64,000 nucleotides of DNA, from positions 2,604,001 through 2,668,000 of the forward strand of contig JAYWIR010000001.1 in NCBI GenBank assembly GCA_036172245.1. The letters are read 5' to 3'. Each line of letters begins with the position of its first letter. Within the stretch, counting starts at the first letter, position 1. Position numbers and translations under genes: made by a program. A model generated the notes under the pieces. It saw only the letters and a program-made list of their open reading frames with translations, was not told the DNA's origin and did no database searches. This DNA is from Raillietiella orientalis (lineage: Eukaryota). Positions 41,401 to 53,600 of the stretch are shown here, piece by piece.

Positions 41401-43169
41401 CCTGCAGAGGTTTCCGCGATCCGTTTACGAGAATCAAGGGGAAAGCGGTTCAGTTTTAAATGCGAAGCAGAATGTCTACGCCCACCCACTCACTGTAACC
41501 TCCTCCTGGTCCCTCCCGAGGGATTTTCATTCAAAGCAGGACGAAGTATTCCTTACTTCCAGTTGCCAGTTCTTTCAGTGAGCTGTTTGACGGACGCCTT
41601 GGGGACAGCAGGAGTCTACTCGAGTTCTACAGGGAATCTCTTTCTGCAAAAAGGATTGTTTGTTTTTTTCAAGGAAAGAGAATCTCGGTGAACCGAGGCA
41701 GAAGATGGAGATCCAAGGACCTCCGTGCCGATGGATCCAAGAAGAACCGGCTGCGAGTCGAGCTTTGGGAAAAGTTGCACTAACACTCGCCAAGAGAATC
41801 AGGTCAGATGGACGGAGCCTCATGTGGCAAGAAGTCGAAGGTTCCTCTCCGGTTTGGGTGGTCCTCGAAGCTGCAGCTGACTAGGGTGAGGCGCCGCGGA
41901 GCCGTGCGACGCTCTTCCAGAACCCAGCCCGAAATCTTCGGTTACCTGCTTAGCACGAGAGACAAGCGGGGTCGGCTTCCTGCCCTGGGGTCGTCTAGAC
42001 GGAACTCGCCATGCCGGGAGTGGAGATTGGGCAAGCAAGGGGATGCCGGACGGTGCAAGTATGTCGAGCCGACCCCCTACCCACGCGATGTCCACTTCTT
42101 CGCGATCCGCATGCGGGGGTCGCAGTCGACCGTTCCGGATCGCCGTCTGCGAAGGAAGAATCCAGAAGAGGTAACCCGGGTTCCCGATTCACCCTCGATT
42201 CCACGAATCTCTAATAACCAGAATGACAGAGAACTTGGCCTCTGGGCCTATGGGGTGCAGACGGTGCATCAGACCACTCGGCGGGAAGAAGGGGAGTCGA
42301 GCTCTCGGAAGCTGTGCGGCTGGAAGACGGGGTGAGAGAACCTGCCCCCGTATCAGATGGAGTTGGCTTGTCTCTAGACATCTTCCAAGGTCACCTGAGG
42401 TAGTACGCGAAGTCCGCAAGCGCGCTGCCCATTATACGCGTTACACTCTTTGCCTGTTTTTCAGGATTTCAAACCGGGAAGACGGGAAGGTGGGACCCAT
42501 GGCTTCTCAGGGCCCGGGGAGAATACCTTCCAGAAAGAAGTCCCCACTTTCGCCGGCCCCACACTCCCCTTTCTGATCGCCCACAAGAGCGAGAAAATTC
42601 AAGCAGCGAGCGCTTCTTCTGAAAGAGAGCGTTGGAAGGCTCAGGCGGTTTGGCGGCGGGAAGGGACGCGTGGAACGCAAGGAAGAAGGTCGTTGTGTGC
42701 TTCCCTTTCAACGGATTGGGACTGGTTGCTAGGCATGGCGATGGAGCTGCTGCCGTCAGCTATCCTTTCAGAGGTGCGTGGTCTCGCGTCGCTCAGAGGT
42801 TCCGACTGTCAGAAAGTGTCTTCAAACGGTCCCGTTTGAAGACCGCAGGAGCAGATGAGGCTGGGCCGAAAAAACACGGATCTTTCCGATGCCGAGAGCA
42901 GCGCCTCTTATGATGGCATGGAATCCTCGAGAAAGGCTCTGGATACACGTCCCGGAGAGAGGGTGGGAGTGAGGATTGAGAAATGCGCTGGAGGTCCCGT
43001 GCGAGAGTTGCTTTTCGAAAGGGACCGTGGTGGAGGACGGTCCTCGCAGCATCCAAAGTCAGCAGCGAGGGTAGATAATAAGGGTGGAGATATGATCTCT
43101 AACACTGAAGTCCGCCCTTAGCGGGTACGTGAGGGAGCTGCGTCCCGCATTCATGCAGGAAGAGTCGGA

Positions 43170-43327
43170 AAAATGTTTTGATGTAGGGGGTGTGTTGGAG
43201 GGTCTAACTGGGTAAGGGATGGTTTATTAGTTCGGAAGATTAGGTTGATGTTGATGTTTATTTGGAGTTTATTGGGGTTTGGTTATGAAGTTATTGATAA
43301 ATTTCATTTTATAATGATAAAAGGGAG
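43170..43327 (+). pseudogene. Candidate nuclear mitochondrial insert (NUMT), ND5-like
   Basis: Abrupt G+T-rich island (4 C in ~157 nt) in GC-rich flanks; open from 43173 under the invertebrate mitochondrial code (TGA=W): MFWCSGCVGGSNWVSDGLLVRKISLMLMFIWSLLGFGYEVIDKF. Confidence 0.55.
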
Positions 43328-44307
43328 GTGCATGTGGAAAGTCGAGACCGCAGCGCCCCCGGCATGGCTGCTTTCCAGAGCGACCGATGGCCTGCCATTA
43401 CGATCCATCTCCCTGTCTCCGAGGGGCTGAGCAGACCAGATGAAAATTTCCTGAAGAAACTCCTGCTCTCCGAGCTCGGCGGGAATGCACCCGTCGGTTG
43501 CGGGACAACCAGTGATGGGCGACTTATAACCTTGTTCCGCATGGAACCCAAACCGCTGGAAGGACCCAGTCTTTGGAGGGAGAGGTTTCCGGAAGCTGCC
43601 GAGATGAGCATCCAGTTGAACCCAGTCCCACGTGCTGGGACCCGGTGACCTCCTTTCCTCCGAAATGTAAGCGAGGGACGCACAGTCCACTAGGGATTTT
43701 GCTGCGGATCGGCAAGCCACCACTTCCGTCTCGCAAGGTGGCTTCAGACTCTCGCACACGCGGGTTTGCCATTCCAGACGGCGAGGGATGTCCAGACAGC
43801 AAGATGGGAAGAAGGCAGGGTGGTGGTGGTGGTGATGAAAGAAGGTCTTCCGGGTTCTTTTTCAATTTTCCACAGGAAATGGCAGGGAGGAGTGCCCTCG
43901 GGCGCACGGCAGTCGCCACGGTTCAGTTCTGTGGGTATGCCTGCCCACATTGCACGCGCATCACGGGTGCTCGAGGAATTTTCGAGCCCTGACCCAAGCG
44001 AACGCATGCCCTCTAAGTGTGCGTGGTGGGTGTTTTTTTTTTTTGTTGGCTGGCAAGAGGGCGCGAGGTTCACGAGTGCTCCACAAACAAAGCACGTCCT
44101 TCAAACATTTGCCCGGGGCGGGCGGGGATGGGGGGGGGGACAGAGAGAAACCTTTGCTTCCCGGAGAGCATCCACAGGGGGTCGGGAGATTGCTGCGGCT
44201 ACCTGTGCTCCTCAAAGAGCACGGAAGACGCCGCTCGGGCGGATGCCTGGAGTCTCGCACGCCCACGGGTGCATGAGCCTCCAGCAGGCGCTTCACGCTC
44301 CCCCTGC

Positions 44308-44328
44308 AAGCAGCAGCAGCAGCAGCAG
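44308..44328. repeat. (AGC/CAG)n trinucleotide repeat, about 6-7 units
   Basis: aagcagcagcagcagcagcagcg. Confidence 0.8.
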
Positions 44329-45856
44329 CGGACAAGGCCTTCGGACGTGATCGCCGCTCGCAAGCGACTGCTAGGCGGCGGCGGCGGCAGCGACACGCAC
44401 GCTCATGGCGTGGGACGGGTACACCCGGAGGGAGGAGGATTCGCAGGGGCCTTCATGGTCTCGCGTGCCTCGGGTATGTTTCGTCTAGCAGGGCGATGCG
44501 ACCGCCAGCAGGTTTTTTTTCTTTTCTTTTTTGCGGAGCCGAGGTCGCTTGCGAAGAGTCGGTTCAGTTGCTCTCGTGCGTGCATCCACCACTCCTGAAG
44601 CTGTCTCCAGGCTCTTCGAGGACTCGCGAATAACTTGAAGTCCACGGTGGAGCATGCACGCACGCGCACTCTCGCTCGCTGCCGCCCACGCTGCCACCCC
44701 GAGACGTGGGGGAGACGAGGAACCACCGCTACCTCTTTGTCCCCTGTAGCTGCCGGAGATCGAGGATGTGACCGACGTCCCCATTTTCCCGGAAGGAAGC
44801 CCGAAGGTCAAGGCGCCCCTTCTCCTGGGCTGCGATGTTTCCTGACCTCATCTGCTGCGAGGGGACGGGTGCGGAAGCTCCACGGGGAGCGGCTGTGCGT
44901 TGTACCGCCTCCGCGAGAAGCGGAGGCCCGTGGATGCCAGGAAGGCGGGAGGACCCCTAAGGAACGGACAGGAAGGAGGAACTCGCGTCCCGGACACTTC
45001 GGCGGGTTCCTCCGCGTTGCAAGGGCGAGCTGTTCCCCGTTCGTCCCTCCCTATCCTTCCTGATTTCATTTCCCCTCGCTGTTTCCGCGAGGGCGAGGGC
45101 CCTTCTCCCCTGCCACTTCCGGTTCGTTCCTTCTAGGCGCTTCCGCTTGCTGCACGTGGCAGGCGGCAGGCCTGCAAACCGACCGGAACTTCCAGGCGAG
45201 TTGTCCCCCACACACAGGTGGCACGGGATCCTTGCGCTCACCTCTCCTCCCGCAGGATTTGGAGGCATCCCTGGAGGGACACCTAAAAGTTTCCAAGTCA
45301 CACGGCAGTTCTCCAGTGGCCGCTGCTGCCGAAGGAGGTGCTCGCTTCGGGGTCCAGGTCATGATTGAATGAGCGCTGCGGGATGGTCTGTCGCGATCCT
45401 GCACCGAGCGCGGGTTCCGAGTTCTCCATCAGGAAGAGGGACTGCAGGGAGAGTGGGGTGGCGGATTCCGGAGATCCACTTTCTTCTCGAAAGCCGCCGC
45501 TTATCCTCCTCCCCTTTCTGGAGAGGGGAGGGCTCCATCCTCACCAGCGGGGTCGAAGTCTCCATCCCGAGGAGGAGGAGCAGGTCCGGGGAGCAGGCGA
45601 GGAGGAAGAGGAGAAGGGATGTTGCAAAAGGGAGGAGAATTAGGTCGTGGAGGAGGAACAGGAAGAGGAAGTGGGAGCCTCAAGCTTCCCAGAGAGGTGA
45701 CGAAAGGAAGGGGCGGGACAGGATGAGAGGCAGCCTGACTCTGTACGATGATTGGGGCAGGACGTATTAGGCACCGAGTATTGGGTTCTCTGTTCCCTAC
45801 TCTCCGGGAGAAAGGGCGCCTCTGTGGGTTGGGAGATGCCCAACCGCTTTCCCGCC

Positions 45857-45883
45857 TTTTTTTTTTTTTTTCTTCGCTTTATT
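45857..45883 (-). terminator. Candidate polyadenylation signal of the dati-like gene
   Basis: Minus-strand AATAAA at 45878-45883 followed by a genomic A15 run, ~1 kb after the stop codon in GC-rich sequence. Confidence 0.35.
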
Positions 45884-46864
45884 TGGACCGAACTAGGAAG
45901 CCGCGCGCCGATGACGACCGCTTCTGGGCTCCCCCGCGCTCCTCCACCCCGGAGCCTCCAAGGAGACGAGACGGAAGCGCCTCCGCGCGCCACCGGCTCG
46001 CGGGGCACTCTCTCTCTCGAACCAGGGATGAGGGGAGGTGAACGACAGAGAGAGAGAAAGGAGGACAAAGGGCGCTTCGAATCCGGTGACCTTGGGGGAA
46101 GGAAGAGGCCACCCCACCATCGTGTGTCATCGCATGTTCCTTCGTCCGCCGGGAGCGAAGACTCGGGGAAGGAGGAGGGTGTGGCGGTGATGAGCGGGGC
46201 AGAGGGCGGAGGGAGGTAGCCGGGGGGGAGGGGGGGAGGGAAAAGCCGCTCTAGGCGTCCTGGAAGGAGGGCATCGGGGACTCTCGCAGGAAAGCGGGGA
46301 GGGTGCTCTCCCACCCGCTGCTCCTTTCCCTCAGTCTTTTTTCCTCGGCGATTCCCGTCCGCTTCCCTGCGCTGTTGATTCTTCCTTGATCTCTGCACGC
46401 TGAGATCCAGCAGACTTCGATGCTGAGCTTCTCGGAGAAGAGGAGCTTTTAGTCCGTGGGGTCAGAAGGGAGCCGAGGGGGCTTGACGGAGGATGACGGG
46501 AATCCGGTCGCACCTCTCGCCTTCAGGATGGCGGACGTTTTCTGCCCCGGAGGCCACGCAAAGACACCTCTCTTGGGCGAAGACCGGACCGATCTCAGGA
46601 TCAGGGAGGCAAAGGGAGGGAAGCAGGGCAAAGTAGGGTCTATCCAGAGGGCGGCGCCCTCTTCCAGCGAGCTTCGTTCACCGCACGTTCCCTTCTTCCC
46701 TGACCGCCCGGCAAGCGGAGACGAAGAGGGAGCGGGAAGGGGGGGGGGGTGAAGAGCTGGCGCAAAAGGTCGCGGGACCCGTCACGCCTCGCCTCCCAAC
46801 GAAGAAGGATACCAATGGGGGGAAGGGAGGGAGAAAGAGGAAGGAAGGAAAAGAAAAAAGCCGC

Positions 46865-47646
46865 TCACTGTTCTCCTCGCGGCTGCTGCTGCTGCTGCTG
46901 GAGGTGCGTCAGGATGTGGTGCTGCTGCTGGGTCTCGGAAGAAGGCGGATGGAGAAGGTGGTGGTGGTGGTGGTGGTGGTGATGGTGTTGACGCTGTCCG
47001 TACAAATGCTTCTGTCCGGGGATGGGAGATGGCGTAAGGAAGTGACCCAGGGTGATCCTCGGGTCGCCATGAACCAGCAGGGCGTGCTCCAGCCTCGACC
47101 GTGGGAACCCGAGCGCCAGTTCCTCCTCCGGAGACGCGTCCCCGGCCGAGGGAGAGCGCAGGCGAGGTATTGGCGAGTCTCTGGAGACCGCCTCCGTCTC
47201 CGCCGCCGCCGCTGCAGCAGGTGACGGTGAATCAGGAAGGCCGGAAGGAGGAGGGATGGCGGCGCTGCCGCCGCCTTCCGGCGAGCCGCGCTGCCCGCCC
47301 ACTGCGTCGGCGGGTCTTTTCCTCGTCCTGGTGTCCTCCTCCTCCTCCTCTTCCTCCTCCTCCTCTTCTTCTTCTTCCTCTTCCTCCTCCTCCTGATCCT
47401 CTTCTTCTTCCTTCGCATCTCCTCCCGCTCTCCTCCCCTCCTGATCTCCCTCCGAGGCAAGGAGAGGAAGAGGAGGAGGAACTGGGGTCCTACTGCTGCG
47501 AGCGGAGACGCCGTCGTCCGGCTCCTCCCCGTCAAACACCGGCGCCTCCTGGAGGCAGCTCCCCATGGCAGCCCTACTTAGCAGGTACTGAGCGGGAAAC
47601 TGGTGCTTGGGGTCCATGCGCAGAGCCTCCATGTGACCGAGAAGAC
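46865..47646 (-). CDS. dati: dati-like terminal coding exon with poly-E, poly-A, poly-H and poly-Q tracts
   Basis: [26 protein letters not shown] then low-complexity tail; TGA at 46865-46867 (overlaps a possible donor CA|GTGAGC). Confidence 0.82.
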
Positions 47647-50600
47647 CTGTGACGAAAGGTGACGTGTGATTGCGCCGGGATAACGAAATTCAGGGACGCG
47701 GTGAGAAAAGGAGGGAGAGGAAGAGGAGTGGGTAGAAGTGGCTACGGTGAGATGCAGAAGGATGGGGTGAGAAGGGGGTGGGTAACGGATTTTCCCCCCT
47801 CCTTACCTGCTTCGTGGTAGAAGACCAAGTGACACGAGGAGCAGGGCCAAAGGGCAGGGGCCCGGCGGCCCCCCTGAGGGTGGCACGCAAGGTGCTTCCG
47901 CAAACTTCCCTCGTTGACGTAGTGCTTCCCGCACACGGGACAAGGGTGGAACGCGGACCTCCTCTTCCCGTGCAGGGAAGGCGCGAAGGCGCCGTGTCGA
48001 TGACCTGAGAAGGAAGAAAGAACACGGTAGGACCGGAGGGAGAGCGGGAACAGAAAGAACCGAGGCTGGGCGTCTCCCACTGGCTTAGGGGTGAGGGGAG
48101 AAATTGCGCCCATCCATCCACCCTCGCGTACCTCCACTGGTGCGCGTCCTCTACCGCCCCTGCTACCAGACTTCCCTGTCTGGAGGTAAACCCTGGAGAG
48201 GCTGAGAGAGGCGATCCTGTTGAGCAAGGACGGCCACGGGGAGCATCCTGCGGAACTCCCTGCGTTTCCTGTGGACTGCCAAGCTTTCGCCCCGTTGGGA
48301 GGCCTTCAGATTGCGAATAGCCGTCACTACGGAGCGAAGGGCCATTCCTCGGAATTCGGGCGGCATCGGTTGCCGCGGAAACCCCTTCCTCAGTTCTTAG
48401 AGAGAGCTTCCTGCACGTTAAAGCAGAGGACCCTGGAGGAGGATCCCTGGGAGAGCGCGCTGATGCACTCCACCGAACTAACCCCTCCTCCCCCTTCTTT
48501 CCTGCCAGCCCGCCTCCCTGGGAGGCGTGTCAGCAGGGAGCTGCGGAAGGATTCCGGAACCGCTGGTTAGGAGGCGCTCCGTGGAAAGTGCTGAAGATAA
48601 TCGGGGCGCGACGGAGGAGTGGGAGGGTGGTGGACGGGGAGAAAAAGAGTTGAAGCAGCTACGCTCTTCTTGAGTTGAATGAAAGCGCTACTCCGAGCCG
48701 AAGATGCGCCACTTCCCACCAGGGGAGGCGAGCGGTAGGGAAGAGGTCTAAAAGCGACTGTTCCTATGGCCCACGACCCACGATTCCCCTACTGCCAGGC
48801 AAACGCGCGCGTGTGTCACCCAGCAGTCGAAAGGGAGAGGCACCGCCCCTCTGTCTGCTCCACGGGAAGGGAGGGCAAGTCGGGCAGAGTGAGCGGGGCG
48901 GGATGAGAGGCCAGGTTTGCGGGCGAAGAGCCCCGAGGTCGCAGGGTGGGAAGCTCTCTGCAGGCGCGCTTTTCTCCCGAAGCCAAACTCGCCGGGGGCT
49001 ATCTCGGAAAGAAGAGACGATGCGAAGGGCAAGAAGGAGTTGGCGACAGCAGCCGCCGGACCGGAGAGCGACGGCGCGTGTCCGCTGGAGGAATTTCAAT
49101 GTGTGCGGCGGCGAGGGCGGCGAAGGAATTTCTCCGCCGCCCCTGGGCGTCAGAGTCCTGCTGCCGCGCTTCCGCCGCCGCCGTCGTCGTCGTCTTCTTT
49201 CTCTCTTTTTCTTTCTACTTTTTTTTTTGTCTCCCTGTGGTCGAGAGCAGCTCCTCGTGAACTTCTCAGAGTCGTTTGAAGACACCGGCCTTGGGCCAAA
49301 AACTCGGACACCTTTGGCGATAGCATGAAGGGAGGGGAGAGCGCGCGCACCTGCTCGGCTCCTGGAGTGGGACGGAAGGCTTCCCTGAGGTGGATGCGGC
49401 TGCTCTCCAAAGAGCGCCAAAGAGCACCGCCCTCTGTGGAGGATATCTTCCTGGAGAATCGCGAAGAGGGAGCGGCGGGACAGAAAAACGAGAACCGACG
49501 CTGTGTGCCGTGTGAGTCGTGCCACGCCCTCCTCTCTTCCCCCGTTTCCCGCAAGTGGCGTGTGCGTGCCTTCTTTGGGACTTTGGAGCGGCGGTTTCTT
49601 CCCTTCCACGCCTCGGGGGAGCGGGAAGCTTCCCGAATGCTTCCGGGACACCGGATCCGATACGGACCAGAACATCTCCAAAGTCTCTTCCTACTCCCTC
49701 TCTCTTACGGACATGCACAGTGAGTGTCCAGGCATGGAGGGAGCCAGAAACAACGGACCCCTCCCCCTCTGACCTCTGCGGCTGGAGAAAGAAGAAAAAG
49801 GAAAGCAGCGGCCAGCGGGAGCGGATTAGCCCCGAAAGATCCAATGAACGGCGAGCTTGCATTTCTTTTTCTGGACAATGATTTCTTTCAGGAACGACTG
49901 GCACACTCTTCCAGGGGCTGCAGCGTGAGGGGCCGCCGGCCACTCGTGTTTTCCACAGCCGTTGCGGCAGTGGACCGATCGAAGCGCACGCGTGTCGCTC
50001 TGGGAGGAGGGAGCCTTCGTCCTGCTCGCGGAAAATCCCAAGCTTCTCCGAGTGCTGGAAGCACGAATGCTTCCGACGACGGAGTTCCTACAGCTCCAGA
50101 GAGCAGGAACCCGCTGCAACAAAACTCCACACTCCCCGCGGCGGCACTACGCGGAGGAGCGAGCAAGCAAACAAGGGATCGAGGAGAGTGCGCGGGACGT
50201 CGAGGGTGGCCACCAACGCCACCGCACGTGGTGGGTCTTGGGGCAAGCGAAACACGATGAACAGCCCCAATCTTCGAGCAACATGCACTTTGCCTTACCT
50301 ACGGCAAAGTGGAGCTCTCCGCGTGTCGCCTCCGAGCTCCCGAAGCCGCAACTCAGAGTGCAGCACTGGGCACCAACAGCAAAATTCACAAATATCACTC
50401 GCATCAATTTTGCAGTCTTCCGCTTTATCAGCGTAGCGCGCGCATCATCATCGTTTTGTTCTACTTGAACCGATTTCCCTCATTTAGCACTTCCGTCAGT
50501 AAACTGCCACCTAACGCAGACAGTTTGCCATGCAATGTCTTGTCATTGGCGCTGGTTTCAACCAGGAAATCTTCCTGTTTTAAAACAGGGCCAGATTCCA

Positions 50601-53600
50601 GTCTTTCGTTCAACTGCGTAACGCAAACTCCAGTCTCTCGGTCTCCTGCTAAAATTGCGCGCTGCGTAGGAGCTGCACCGCGCACCATCTAGGCGGCAGC
50701 AAAGGATGAACAGCAATACAACCATATTTTGGAGTATTCAAAATTTCTTTTGAAACTATCGACCCATGTACAGCAACAACTGCAACTTTTGGTTTGGAAT
50801 TCCTAAACTGTTCCTCCCTTACTGAAGATTTTAGAGAGGTAGGAATTCATAACTCCGTGACGTTTTCCTCAGCAATAACATGTATTGGAGATTTGTATTT
50901 GTCCACGCCCCGAAGGTTTCGGAGCCTTATTATACGCTGTTACTATCTTATTCTCTGACGTTAATAACAAGCCCAGTGCACCACCAGCGAATTCCAGCGA
51001 CCCCATGAAAAGAACTCTCGTTCTGCTAAATGTTTCTGCTTAAGGAAATCAAGAATTTTCTGCTAATTTGCCGCTTACAGTCTCCACTAATTCTGCAAAA
51101 TCATCTTTGTATTTAACAGCCATATCAGCAAAAACTTAGACTCTAGAATAAGTGAACCCATGCTCCCTTACTGCTGCTGCATCAATACGTATTTTCCTAT
51201 CCACAGGCTGCGAAAACCGCGCTCGCGATTCCTTCTGGCCACGGAGTTGCTTTCGTAATGGCCTTGCCGTGAGAGCCGCATATTCGGAGGTGCTTCGCTG
51301 CATACTTTCCCGCTCCGTGTTAGCGGGATGATGGGGGAAGGGGGGGATGAGGGTGCACGCTGGAAGTGGCTCAGGGAATGTCCCAAGCACAGGAGCTGAG
51401 GTGCCACCACGTATGAAACAGCTCCAAATCGGAAGGGCTAATCAGACATCGTTCAAGAGCCAACGATATGCCCAAGCACGAAGATCCGATCGAATACTGT
51501 GATCGTGTTTTACGTAATTCACGTGCTACCGACGGTCGAAACGCATGTTACCTGGGTCTTCTGCGAAGCAGGAGAAACAGCTCTATGTTCCTGTTGGCGC
51601 CAGGACTCAAGAATAAGGCCAACAAGAAAGAACCCCCAGAACACATAAACCCTTGTGCAGTCTCGCTTGATACGCCCCCTTGCGGGTGACATAGGAAATT
51701 GAAAAGCTTGATCTCTAGCAGGGATGATGATGGCTGGTGGCGGAATTAATGGTTCGAGGAATCACGGTAAGGACGAAGACGCTTCCAACAAAACAAAAGT
51801 TTCCTTCAGATGTAATGGATGCATCACCGAAGAGTTTAGACAACTGTGAAGGAAAAGAGGTATTCTTCCCTATGAAAGGAATATACATTTCTGGTCTAGG
51901 AATTAAATTTCCAAAGAAACTACTTTAAGAAGAAACTCAGTACATTCTGTCTTTTCAAGAGGAAAAAGAAAAGCATTCTTTGTCTCGACTAGAAAAACAA
52001 GCAAACCAACCTTTCGAAACGCATTACAGTTTCTCAGTTTCCTAACGGAAGAATTCTGCAGCAGACAAAGAAGAATGGGGGATGCAGATATGTCTGCGAA
52101 ACGTATTAACTGGGATGGTCACGACTTGACCTGCAGTCGATCCGCAGTCGTGATGCTGAAGAAACGGCAGCACTGTGCTTCGGGCGTATCTTACATACCA
52201 ATGTACGCACTCATACCTCATCTATGCCTCACTTATCCTGGCATAAAAAAAGCATGCTGGTTTTCACGAGAATGGTTGGTTTCACGTATTATCCCGAAAC
52301 ACACTCTTGCACATACAGCCCGTGAAAAGACAACCGATAATCAAATGGCAGTAACTAATTCAGCAAAAGGGAAACCATCATCTGGAATGGTGAAGAGCAA
52401 ATTGGACTTTGAAAAGTGCAGTTTTTTTTTTTTTTTTTCCAACCCTTTCCATGTAATCATTCACGTGCGCATGGTGCACAATGTAAGAGCTGACCAAATT
52501 TCTTCAAAGTCATTTCAAGCTAGTGCTCAAGTATTTAAACTCCCAAACAGACAAAGTTCAGTACAGAAATTTCTTCCCTTTCGGATCGTCCGGGATTCGG
52601 AGCAGCATTTCGCGTTAAAACCACACTCCTGGATACGGAAGAGAAATTTGGGAAGTGAAACCGGCAGCAAATTACGAGAACAACTGGTTCAGCAGTCTCG
52701 CATGGAAATGAACTCGAGTCCCTTCTAATGAGAGGCAGTCTGGAAGAATCTTGTCTCTTTCAGAGCGGAGAGCATTCACGAGGTCTTTGAGAATCCGTAA
52801 GGTAAAGGTGTGGTCGAAGAATCCCATGAAACCACCGTGGTTTTCCCATGTAACAGATAATGGAGTTTTGTTCAGACAGAGAGCCAGGCTCTGCAACAAC
52901 ACTCAACCAGCTTGTACTGTTTCGAGCGATGCAAACCCAGGCTACCAATAAAACACGGACGAATTACGAAGGGGAGTTGATGTTTCGGAAGAGAGAGACA
53001 CGGAAAGAAACAGATGGACAGACATCCTCGAAAAGAGTGGTCTCAAACTGTTTGCAAGCACCTTGCGAAGCCAACCGGCTACTAATCTCTGAGCAGTCTT
53101 CAGTATCGGCGCCCTCTTTCGCGCTGCAGCCAACAGTGTCGAGCGGCACCACATCCTTACAAGACTCCTGCGCCTTCAACTTGATGTCCCGCTTGGAGAG
53201 AGGGGAGCCCTTGTACGGATGCGTGATGTCCCGTAAGGAGCATTCACTTGGAAAGATGGAGAAACACACACACAACCGTGCGAGTTTGCCATTGTGTTTC
53301 GGGTTTCGGGACGCACTTCAAGAATCTCCTGAACGTACTGAACAAAAAGCACAGCGACCATACATCCTGAGGAACAGTCATCGTAACATCGCCGTTCCAT
53401 GTCCTTCGAGAGAGCTCTGAGGAGCACCCCTCGCAAGGGGAAAGCATCATAGCCGGGAGCGTTTACAAGGACGCACCATTCCAGTATGTGTGTGAAGCGC
53501 GCCAAGAGACGGTGGCACGAATACATCGTACGAATTTCGTGGTTCGAGGAAAGTGGCCTCATTTGAGGGCAAAGATGGAGAGTTCACGTTTTCCCGTCAG

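Noticed and set aside
41355-41465. KYRVLGGNFDPK, resembling the non-LTR RT C-terminal KYLG..FD.KL motif
   Set aside because: A single degenerate motif with no upstream YADD region found.
48005-48227. N-terminal extension of ORF 47742-48227
   Set aside because: It lies upstream of a strong polypyrimidine acceptor and is therefore intronic.
53070-53190. [15 protein letters not shown], reminiscent of the LepA/GTPase SAK motif
   Set aside because: The flanking NKxD and downstream motifs are absent.
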